Made by a program: the position numbers and the translations under genes. Shown piece by piece: positions 52,876-64,000 of a stretch of 64,000 bases of DNA; positions within the stretch are counted from its first letter, which is position 1; each line of letters begins with the position of its first letter. The notes under the pieces were generated by a model. The model saw only the letters and a list, made by a program, of their open reading frames with translations, did no database searches and was not told the DNA's origin. Source of the DNA: Balanoglossus misakiensis (lineage: Eukaryota; Animalia; Hemichordata); contig CM082594.2 of assembly GCA_040954595.2 (NCBI GenBank), positions 332,208 to 396,207 of the forward strand, read 5' to 3'.

Positions 52876-54440
52876 TTTTATTTTTCTGAATCTGTGGATT
52901 TATTGTATTTCAATGACTTCTGTAGAAGCGGAACAATTGTTAAACTCTGATTGTTATAGGAAATGTAATTCATATTCTTACTCTGAGTTCTGCAACTTGG
53001 TTAGTAATACACCTATTTCTACATTCTCTATATCTCATTGTAATGTTCGGTCCCTCAGTCGAAACTTTCATGACTTTAAATTGTTTTATGAGTCACTTGA
53101 TGAATCAAAAATCAAAGTTATAGCATTATCAGAGATTTGGCAGGTTCAAAATAAAGAGCTTTATTGTTTAGAAGGCTATCATTTGGAAACAAAATGTCGA
53201 AATGACCAGCGGGGTGGGGGAGTTGGGGCATATATAGACTCATCTTTGAATTATACCTCCATTGAAGCGACTGTAAATCATTCTGAATCTATCTGGCTCA
53301 AATTTGACTTGCCAAAGAAAAAATCACTCATTCTTGGAGTAGTGTATAGGAAACCAAACACTAATATAGGCGAATTCCTTGAAAGTCTTGAATCTGTATT
53401 GACTGATATTGACCGCAAGAAGATGCAGTGCATACTTGTGGGTGACTTTAATGTAAATGCGTCTGATTTAAATGCATATGAAACGGTTGATCTTAATAAT
53501 AGTATGTCTTCTTTTAACCTAACTCAGATGATCACTGTGCCAACACGTATATCAGATCATTCAAGAACGGTTATTGATCATATTTATACAAATATACATA
53601 GTCATTTTGTTAATTGTGGAACTATTGATGTTCATCTTGCTGACCATTTGCCTATATTTGCCATCTTTGAGGATCTACGTATTTATTTCCAAAAACCAAA
53701 GAGACTTTCAGGGACTACCGTAATTTTAATATAGGTTTATTTCAAGATGAGTTAAGTAGTGTCAATTGGGCAGCTGTGTATGAGAGTACTGATGCTAATA
53801 CAGCATATGACTCGTTTTTAACCATTTTCTCGAATATTTGTAATAAGCATGCTCCACTGCTTTCTAAAAAGCTTAGTTCAAAAAGGAAAATACGGAAACC
53901 ATGGATAACTGCTGGAATAAAAAAATCAATTGACCAGAAACACAAGCTCTACTCAAATGTCTTAAAAACTAATTATCGGCCAGACGTCTTTACAAAATAC
54001 AAATGCTACCGGAACATGCTTACAAATATTCTGAAAAAGGCTAAGCAAGATTATTATTCTGACCAGTTTACATACTATCAAGCAGATACTAGTAAGACAT
54101 GGAAAGTTATTAATGATATTTTGAGGGGTGGTGGTAAACATGTAAATCTACCAAGTAGTTTACAAATGTCTTCAGCTGGTCGGCAGACTACCCTGATCAC
54201 CCAGTGTGACATTCATAGTTCCACCCTACGGTAATAAGCCACGCCCCCCTTAGTTACTGTTGCTACGCCCCACAAGCTTCGAGCTTGTGGGACTTTGACC
54301 TCCATAGCTCCACAACGTGGATGGGGAAACTAGATTCATTCAGCGATAGTCTGCGCAACGTTCCTGGCGATATTTCTGTATGCTACCTACCAGAGTTAAA
54401 AAACCTATCCAAGAAGTCACAGGAAAAGGGTTTAATTAGG

Positions 54441-54575
54441 TATAATTCCCCCGTATTTCGAACGAAAGTGCCTGCATCGCGGACGATAGCGGCCGTATCC
54501 CCCGGGCCGCAGGCTATACTGGGAATGTCGAGTTCGCGACGCAGACACACGAGTGAGGAATACGGGGGAATTATA
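54441..54575. mobile_element. Mini-MITE nested in the ISL2EU-like element
   Basis: Perfect 17-bp inverted repeats TATAATTCCCCCGTATT / AATACGGGGGAATTATA; the outer TA is probably the target duplication. Confidence 0.7.
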
Positions 54576-55114
54576 TGTTTATCACATACATAGACCAAGT
54601 GTCCATGAAATTGAGCTCCTTTGTGAATTTAAAACATTTCAGCGAAAAAATAGCACTATTTTAAAACGATCGAAAGATCATGTTATGCGGTCGGCCCGGG
54701 TCACACGCAAACGGGCATTAAACCGCGATCAGCTGTAGCAGTGGCTATAGTACTAGTAATAACGGACCTCGAAGGTTAAGTTTATCGTGCTATTTCTGAG
54801 TGAAATCAGACGAAATAAGAGACACAAGAGGTATCACTTCACCTGAAGATATTTTTGGTAGGTAAATATGGGTGAAAGCACTGATAACACGGCGAATTCA
54901 GAAAACTACGTGAACGTTACTTGGATTGACAGCGGGCGGCCCCATTGTTTACAACGCCGGACATTTTATAACGGGTCGAACAACATTGACTTTTCGAATG
55001 GAAATTGCAAGCAGCATATGAATTTCAAAATTTTCAAACACTTTAGCAATAAAATCTTGGTTAAATATTTATATTGAAGACGTGTCAGTTTAAAATCTAA
55101 ACGCAAACTGTTAA

Positions 55115-55244
55115 TATCCACCACCTGAGACACCTCTCTCTCTGCGTTTTTGGCTTCGGAAACGGAACAAAAAAATATACTCGATGTTGGGTCAAGGTAC
55201 CTTTCATCTGATTTACACGTCCCCCAGGCGCATCTCTTCACTAT
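55115..55244 (-). pseudogene. N-terminal half of a THAP zinc-finger domain
   Basis: With one frameshift in a T-run it reads (ATA)VKRCAWGTCKSDERYLDPTSSIFF/VPFPKPKTQRERCLRW, fitting the THAP C-x4-C...FP...W pattern. Confidence 0.75.
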
Positions 55245-58200
55245 TCTGGCCGATATTTTAAAACCATTAAGTTCCTAAAACTGAAAAAACTCTTCCAGTC
55301 TGTCTATCTCTACCTGAGCGTGTACTGTAGGCTGGGCCACGTTGTTGATTATATGTGGGACAAAATGGCGGTTGTGTGAACAGCATGACTTTTCTCGGCT
55401 CTGATTGGCTGAGGGTTCAGTGTGATTGACAGCTGTGGAACCATGAATTGTCAATGGGTTTAATGAGTTTTTTGTCCAAATTGGAGAGGCTCTTGCTAGT
55501 AGTATAACTCATTCAAACAAAAGTTACTTGTCATACTTATCACATTGTACATTGCATTCTTTTTTTCTTCAAGGAACCTCTGAACAAGAAGTTTTTAAAT
55601 TACTTCAAGCATTAGATACGCGGAAGGCAGTGGGTTATGACTACATTAGCCCAAAATTGTTAATCAATGCAGCATTATATATTTCTAAGCCTCTTAGTTA
55701 TATTATCAATTTAACGATCACAACTTGAATTTTCCCAGATTCCTTAAAAATAGCAAAAGTGACTCCTATCTTCAAAAAAGGAGAGACGACTGATCCAGGT
55801 AATTTTAGACCAGTGTCTGTATTGCCACAAATTAGTAAAATTTTTGAAAAACTTATTAATAAGCAAATTATTTCCTATTTTAACAAATTTGATTTACTGT
55901 ACCCTTACCAGTATGGCTTCAGAGAGAATTATAGTACTAAATTGGCAATTGTGGAACTAGCACAGAAAATTCTGGACGAAATTGATATGGGAAATAAGGT
56001 TATCGGGATATTTCTTGACTTGAAGAAAGCATTTGACACCGCGAATCATGACATTTTGATAGACAAACTGGACAATTATGGTGTTAGGGGACTCCCTAAA
56101 AATCTTTTTAGAAGCTATTTGACCAACAGAAGGCAACATGTAAATGTAAATGGGGTACGATCAGATGAATTACAAATATCCTGTGGAGTTCCACAAGGTT
56201 CTGTGCTGGGTCCAACACTTTTTCTCATCTATGTAAATGATATAGCAGGGGCAGCAAGGTATTTTGACACGCGTCTATTTGCAGACGATACCAGTCTATT
56301 TCATACATTTAATCCAAGAAATATAATAGATCTCTCAGAAGTTAATTCACAATTGAAAAATGTTATAAACTGGTGTGATGCCAACAAATTAACTGTACAC
56401 TCAAAGAAAACTGAATATGTTATTTTTAGAGGTAAGAACGTGTCAGTAGAGACAACAGGAGAAATTGATGTTAAAGGGGTAACAATAGACGAAGTACAAA
56501 CAACTAAGTATATCGGTGTAGAAATAGACAATAAGTTAACATGGAAACATCACATTAGAAATGTAAACAGAACGATTAGTATGAAGACTGGTATTCTTTA
56601 TAGGTTAAGGGATGTTGTCCCACGACATATTCTTATACTATTGTACAATTGTTTTATCCTCCCACACATTTCCTATGCTATAGAAACTTGGGGAAATACT
56701 TATTTATCTTTTTTGAGGCCAATACTTGTTACACAGAAAAGAATTGTACGTGTATTGGCGGGATCAGACCGTCTTGCACACTCTTCACCATTGTTTAATG
56801 AGTTACATATTTTGAATGTATACAAGCAACGTGATCTTCAACTGTCCTTGTTTGTTCATGATGCTCTTAATGGCAAGCTTCCACCAGGATTCTCAGAGTA
56901 TTTCGTTCCTATTCAACACTCTTATCATACCAGATCAAAAGATATAGGTGATCTTTTTTTTCCGAAATATAACAGTAATGCTGGCCAACATTCCATAAAG
57001 TACACTGCAGCAAAGGTTTGGAATAAACTTCCTGAAAATATGCGCTCAACAAGGTCAACATTTTCATTTAAGAAACATATGAAATCCTTGTTAGGAAAAG
57101 AATAGTTTGACTTTTATTTCTTCCTTTTGTATGTATTACTAACCAAGTGTTCTACTGATCACCATGAGGGGATGGACTTGACTAGTGCGAATGCACTATT
57201 TTTCCTACCTCCTTTTTCACTTAAATAGTACATTTTCTTTTTCACCATTCGATGTAAAAAAAATTGGAAGTGAAATAAATTTGATTGATTGATTGATTGA
57301 TTGACTGGCGTAAGTTATCAACGGTGATTACGTCGGATTTCCTACGGCCTGGTTTAGCTGAAGCCCCGGCACTTTAGAGCGGAAACACGCGTACATTGAC
57401 CACGATGATCAAGTCAGATCTCCTACGGCCTGGCTCGACTAAAACCCCGGCACACCATGACAGACACTAGCGTTCGTTAGCAACGGTGGTCAAGTCGGAT
57501 TTCCTTCGGCCTGGCTCTGCAAAAGACCCGACACTCTAGTACAAAGACGTTGGCTAAGTCGGGCAAACCGAAGAGGGAAAGTCACAGCGGGTCAACACTC
57601 GACATTTGTTCGGGTAGGACTGCATTATTGCCTGTCAATTTATAGAGAAAGCTCGAATTTAACCAGGGCGTTTCAAACACCGACGTTAGTTGGGGGCACG
57701 GCCTGCAGTACTGCCGGGTAAGCTGACATCGGCGTACCGCATATAATGTAGGGGGGGGGGGGCGGGAACAGAACGGTTCAATACTACATTTATTAGATAT
57801 CAGCTAATTTTGGACAATCATCTAAAATCTAAATCATTTTTTCATATTTGGATATCTGATGATGTATGAAATTTCCATTATATGTAAAAATGGTGCTGAT
57901 TATAAAAAATGCACTCTGAATGAGCTGATTTAATACAAAATTGCGTTTTATTCGTTTTTGCACCAAAAAGGTCATTTTTAGGCAAAACAGTCTTTATTTT
58001 TTTAATTCGGTGACCTGATCATATATAAACAATTGCTTGTATGTTTAAAGTTTTTATGACTTTTAAAAGCAGTGACACTGGCGGCATTCAACACGAAAAT
58101 AACAGTTTTAGCCACAATTTGGTCAAAATGGTAAATTGTTGAAAATTACAAAAAATACCTGTTTTCTACATTTTCGGAAATCTGATGGAGTATAGAATGC

Positions 58201-61200
58201 TCTTCGTATGTATATATCGATACAAATTCCACAAAAGACCGTCTAATGTGGCTCACTGCAGACAAAATTGCTTTTTACCAAATTTTCCTTGAAAATGTCA
58301 TTTTTAGAAAAAAAACTAAAAAAACCTTTGTTCTTCGAATTTGGTGCCCTGATCATATATGACATGTTGATTGTATGTTAAAACTCTCGACCACTCCAAA
58401 AATGCAGAGATATTGACGGAATTCAAGAAAAATAGCCATTTTGGCCATATTTTGACAAAAATGGTAAATTTTTGAAAAATCATAAAAAATTAAGCCTTTT
58501 CTTCATTTTCGGAAATATTATGGAGCATGAAGTGTCGTTCTCTTGTAAAAAGTGCTGCAAATTCCAGCAAAGGCGGTATAATTTGAATCACCCAAGACAA
58601 AATTGCAATTTTTCGACTTTTTTTCGAAAAATTGTCTTTTTTACAAAATAAATAAGAATAAATTCTTTTCTTAGTTTCAAACAGGTAGAGATACTTTCTA
58701 CACGGGTTTTCTAACATTGAATTCCCGTTCATCAACTCAGATTTCCTACAGCATAAGTCGGCTAAAACCCTGACACTCTAGAGCAGAAACAGTTGCACAC
58801 TGGTAACGTTGAACAAGTCGATTTTTCTACGGCCTGGCTCGGCTAAATCTCCGTCACAATATGACAGACACTAGCGTACGTTAGCAACGGTGATCAAGTC
58901 AGATTTTCTACGGCATGGCTTGGATAAAGCCCCGGCACTCTAGAGCAGAAACACGCGTACAGAGACCACGTTGATCAAGTCTGATCTACGGCTTGGCTCG
59001 ACTAAAACCCCGGCACACTATGACAGACACTAGCGTTCGTTAGCAACGTTGATCAAGTCATATTTCCTACGGCATGGCTTGGCTAAAGCCCTGGCCCTCT
59101 AGAGCAGAAACACGCGTACAGAGAACACGTTGATCTACTCACATTTCCTTCGGCCTGGCACGGCTGATGCCCCGGCACTATATATAGGACACAGACTGGC
59201 GTAAGTTAACAACGGTAATCACGTCGGGTTTCCTACGGCCTGGCTCAGCTGAAGCCCCGGCACTCTAGAGTAGAAACAGGCTTACATTGACCACGTTGAT
59301 AAAGTCAGATTTCCTACGGCGTGACTCGGCTGGTGCACCGGCTCTATATGACACAGACTGGCGTAAGTTATCAACGGTGAGTACGTCGGATTTCCTACGG
59401 TCTGGTTTAGCTGAAGCCCCGGCACATTAGAGCGGAAACACGCGTACATTGACCACGATGATCAAGTCAGATCTCCTACGGCTTGGCTCGACTAAAACCC
59501 CGGCACACTATGACAGACACTAGCGTTCGTTAGCAACGTTGATCAAGTCAGGTTTCCTACGGCATGGCTTGGCTAAAGCCCTGGCACTCTAGAGCAGAAA
59601 CACGCGTACAGAGAACACGTTGATCTACTCACATTTCCTTCGGCCTGGCACGGCTGATGCCCCGGCACTATATATAGGACACAGACTGGCGTAAGATAAC
59701 AACGGTAATCACGTCGGGTTTCCTACGGCCTGGCTCAGCTGAAGCCCCGGCACTCTAGAGCAGAAACAGGCTTACATTGACCACGTTGATCAAGTCAGAT
59801 TTCCTACGGCCTGGCTCGACTAAAACCCCGGTACACCATGACAGACACTAGCGTTCGTTAGCAACGGTGATCAAGTCGGATTTCCTTCGGCCTGGCTCTG
59901 CAAAAGACCCGACACTCTAGTACAAAGACGTTGGCTAAGTCGGGCAAACCGAAGAGGGAAAGTCACAGCGGGTCAACACTCGACATTTGTTCGGGTAGGA
60001 CTGCATTATTGCCTGTCAATTTATAGAGAAAGCCCGAATTTAACCAGGGCGCTTCAAACACCGACGTTAGTTGGGAGCACGGCCTGCAGTACTGCCGGGT
60101 AAGCTGACATCGGCGTACCGCATATAATGTAGGGGGGGGGGGGGAACAGAACGGTTCAATACTACATTTATTAGATATCAGCTTATTTTGGACAATCATC
60201 TAAAATCTAAATCATTTTTTCATATTTGGATATCTGATGATGTATGAAATTTCCATTATATGTAAAAATGGTGCTTATTATAAAACATGCACTCTGAATG
60301 TACTGATTTAATACAAGATTGCGTTTTATTCGTTTTTGCACCAAAAAGTTCATTTTAGGCAAAACATTCTTTATTTTTTTAATTACTTTTAAAAGTAGTG
60401 ACACTGGCGGCATTCATCACGAAAATAACAATTTTAGCCACAATTTGGTCAAAATGGTAAATTTTTGAAAATTACAAAAAATACCTGTTTTCTACATTTT
60501 CGGAAATCTGATGGAGTATAGAATGCTCTTCGTATGTATATATCGATACAAATTCCACAAATGACCGTCTAATTTGGCTCACTGCAGACAAAATTGCGTT
60601 TTACCAAATTTTCCTTGAAAATGTCATTTTTAGAAGAAAAAAAATAAAAAAACTTTGTTCTTCGAATTTGGTGCCTGATCATATATGACATGTTGATTGT
60701 ATGTTAAAACTTGCGACCACTCCAAAAATGCTGAGATATTGACGGAATTCAAGAAAAAATAGCCATTTTGGCCATATTTTGACAAAAATGGAAAATTTTT
60801 AAAAAAATCTTAAAAAATTAACTCTTTTCTTCATTTTCGGAAATATTATGGAGCATGAAGTGTCGTTCTCTTGTAAAAAGTGCTGCAAATTCTAGAAAAG
60901 GCGGTATAATTTGAATCACCCAAGACAAAATTACCATTTTCGACTTTTTTTCGAAAAATTGTCTTTTTTACAAAATAAATAAGAATAAATTCTTTTCTTA
61001 GTTTCAAACGGGTAGAGATACTTTCCACGCGGGTTTTCTAACATTGAAATCCCGTTCATCAACTCAGATTTCCTACAGCATAAGTCGGCTAAAACCCTGA
61101 CACTCTAGAGCAGAAACAGTTGCACACTGGTAACGATGAACAAGTCGAATTTTCTACGGCCTGGCTCGGCTAAATCTCCGTCACAATATGACAGACACTA

Positions 61201-64000
61201 TAGCGTACGTTAGCAACGGTGATCAAGTCAGATTTTCTACGGCATGGCTTGGATAAAGCCCCGGCACTCTAGAGCAGAAACACGCGTACAGAGACCACGT
61301 TGATCAAGTCTGATCTCCTACGGCTTGGCTCGACTAAAACCCCGGCACACTATGACAGACACTAGCGTTCGTTAGCAACGTTGATCAAGTCAGATTTCCT
61401 ACGGCATGGCTTGGCTAAAGCCCTGGCACTCTAGAGCAGAAACACGCGTACAGAGACCACGTCGATCTACTCACATTTCCTTCGGCCTGGCACGGCTGAT
61501 GCCCCGGCACTATATATAGGACACAGACTGGCGTAAGTTAACAACGGTAATCACGTCGGGTTTCCTACGGCCTGGCTCAGCTGAAGCCCCGGCACTCTAG
61601 AGCAGAAACAGGCGTACATTGACCACGTTGATCAAGTCAGATTTCCTACGGCATGACTCGGCTGGTGCACCGGCTCTATATGACACAGACTGGCGTAAGT
61701 TATCAACGGTGATTACGTCGTATTTCCTACGGCCTGGTTTAGCTGAAGACCCTGGCACTTTAGAGCGGAAACACGCGTACATTGACCACGATGATCAAGT
61801 CAGATCTCCTACGGCTTGGCTCGACTAAAACCCTGGCACAATATGACAGACACTAGCGTTCGTTAGCAACGTTGATCAAGTCAGATTTCCTACGGCATGG
61901 CTTGGCTAAAGCCCTGGCATTCTAGAGCAGAAACACGCGTACAGAGACCACATTGATCTACTCACATTTCCTTAGGCCTGGCACGGCTGATGCCCCGGCA
62001 CTTTATATAGGACACAGACTGGCGTAAGTTAACAACGGTAATCACGTCGGGTTTCCTACGGCCTGGATCAGCTGAAGCCCCGGCACTCTAGAGCAGAAAC
62101 AGGCGTACATTGACCACGTTGATCAAGTCAGATTTCCTACGGCCTGGCTCGACTAAAACCCCGGCACACCATGACAGACACTAGCGTTCGTTAGCAACGG
62201 TGATCAAGTCGGATTTCCTTCGGCCTGGCTCGGCAAAAGACCCGACACTCTAGTACAAAGACGTTGGCTAAGTCGGGCAAACCGAAGAGGGAAAGTCACA
62301 GCGGGTCAACACTCGACATTTGTTCGGGTAGGACTGCATTATTGCCTGTCAATTTATTGAGAAAGCCCGAATTTAACACGGGCGTTTCAAACACCGACGT
62401 TAGTTGGGGGCACGGCCTGCAGTACTGCCGGGTAAGCTGACATCGGCGGACCGCATATAATGTAGGGGGGGGGGGGGGGAAACAGAACGGCTCAATACTA
62501 CATTTATTAGATATCAGCTAATTTTGGACAATCATCTAAAATCTAAATCATTTTTTCATATTTGGATATCTGATGATGTATGAAATTTCCATTATATGTA
62601 AAAATGGTGCTGATTATAAAAAATACACTCTGAATGAGCTGATTTAATACAAAATTGCGTTTTATTCGTTTTTGCACCAAAAAGGTCATTTTTAGGCAAA
62701 ACATTCTTTATTTTTTTAATTCGGTGACCTGATCATATATAAACAATTGCTTGTATGTTAAAAGTTTTTATGACTTTTAAAAGCAGGGACACTGGCGGCA
62801 TTCAACACGAAAATAACAATTTTAGCCACATTTTGGTCAAAATGGTAAATTTTTGAAAATTACAAAAAATACCTGTTTTCTACATTTTCGGAAATCTGAT
62901 GGAGTATACAATGCTCTTCGTATGTATATATCGATACAAATTCCACAAAAGACCGTCTAATTTGGCTCACTGCAGACAAAATTGTGTTTTACCAAAGTTT
63001 CCTTGAAAATGTCATTTTTAGAAAAATAAATAAAAAAACCTTTGTTCTTCGAATTTGGTGCCCTGATCATATATGACATGTTGATTGTATGTTAAAACTT
63101 TCGACCACTCTAAAAATGCAGAGATATTGACGGAATTCAAGAAAAAATAGCCATTTTGGCCATATTTTGACTAAATGGTAAATTTTTAAAAAATCATAAA
63201 AAATTAACTCTTTTCTTCATTTTCGGAAAAATTATGGAGCATGAAGTGTCGTTCTCTTGTAAAAAGTGCTGCAAATTCCAGAAAAGGCGGTATAATTTGA
63301 ATCACCCAAGACAAAATTACCATTTTCGACTTTTTTTCGAAAAATTGTCTTTTTTACAAAATAAATAAGAATAAATTCTTTTCTTAGTTTCAAACGGGTA
63401 GAGATACTTTCCACACGGGTTTTCTAACATTGAATTCCCGTTCATCAACTCAGATTTCTTACAGCATAAGTCGGCTAAAACCCTGACACTCTAGAGCAGA
63501 AACAGTTGCACACTGGTAACGTTGAACAAGTCGATTTTTCTACGGCCTGGCTCGGCTAAATCTCCGTCACAATATGACAGACACTAGCGTACGTTAGCAA
63601 CGGTGATCAAGTCAGATTTTCTACGGCAAGGCCTGGATAAAGCCATGGCACTCTAGAGCAGAAACACGCGTACAGAGACCACGTTGATCAAGTCTAATCT
63701 CCTACGGCTTGGCTCGACTGAAACCCCGGCACACTATGACAGACACTAGCGTTCGTTAGCAACGTTGATCAAGTCAGATTTCCTACGGCATGGCTTTGCT
63801 AAAGCCCTGACACTCTAGAGCAGAAACACGCGTACAGAGACCACGTTGATCTACTCACATTTCCTTCGGCCTGGCACGGCTGATGCCCCGGCACTATATA
63901 TAGGACACAGACTGGCGTAAGTTAACAACGGTAATCACGTCGGGTTTCCTACGGCCTGGCTCAGCTGAAGCCCCGGCACTCTAGAGCAGAAACAGGCGTA

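Larger units (their letters stand above)
54213..55446. mobile_element. Internally deleted ISL2EU-like DNA transposon nested in LINE ORF2
   Basis: TIR TCATAGTTCCAC / GTGGAACCATGA. AT duplication at 54211-54212 and 55447-55448. Excision restores CDIVNGFNEFFVQIG. It carries a THAP remnant. Confidence 0.8.
52841..57105 (+). pseudogene. LINE ORF2 (APE endonuclease + reverse transcriptase), disabled
   Basis: APE motifs: HCNVRSL, LSEIW, GGGVGAYI, VYRKP, GDFN, IDHIYTN, ADHLPIF. Then KPWITAGIKKSI. RT motifs: DLKKAFDT, GVPQGSVLGP, LFADD. Lesions are a frameshift near 53697, an insertion at 54213-55448 and a TGA at 55726 in place of G of TGIFP. Confidence 0.92.
52667..57302 (+). mobile_element. Crack/CR1-group LINE, 5'-truncated within ORF1, near-complete ORF2
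   Basis: Inserted in satellite ACACA-GACT-GGCG with GACT repeated (52663-52666, 57303-57306). It has a 3' stem-loop TAGTGC-GAAT-GCACTA, AATAAA and a (TTGA)n tail. Confidence 0.93.
24685..64000. repeat. Multi-level macrosatellite, ~2.05-kb unit (GC-rich ~81-bp A/B subrepeats, ~250-bp linker, poly-G, AT-rich ~335-bp degenerate repeats); continues beyond the window
   Basis: Marker CCGCATATAATGTA(G)n at about 25450, 27340, 29390, 31445, 33500, 35540, 37580, 44430, 46490, 57740, 60120 and 62455. Units are nearly identical. Confidence 0.97.

Overview
AT-rich, repeat-dense animal genomic DNA. The element families (L2, Crack/CR1, Tx1, THAP-bearing DNA transposons) suggest a marine invertebrate, but the species cannot be determined. 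There is no intact protein-coding gene, tRNA/rRNA gene or CRISPR array. 1-24.7 kb is a patchwork of microsatellites, several 90-290 bp minisatellites, L2 LINE remnants, nested TTA-target DNA transposons and palindromic Crypton-like elements. It also holds two minus-strand exons resembling ELAC2/tRNase ZL (23466-23533, 22550-22618). From 24685 to the end of the window runs a multi-level macrosatellite: ~81-bp monomers alternate as ~162-bp A/B dimers inside a ~2.05-kb unit that also has a poly-G tract and an AT-rich block of degenerate ~335-bp repeats. Two copies of a captured 4.2-4.6-kb cassette (doubly truncated Tx1 LINE plus a ~377-bp tandem repeat ending in a transposon-like terminus) interrupt the array. 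So does a near-complete Crack/CR1 LINE, which hosts a THAP-encoding ISL2EU-like transposon derivative that in turn hosts a mini-MITE. All family assignments come from motif recognition by eye and have not been checked by database search.
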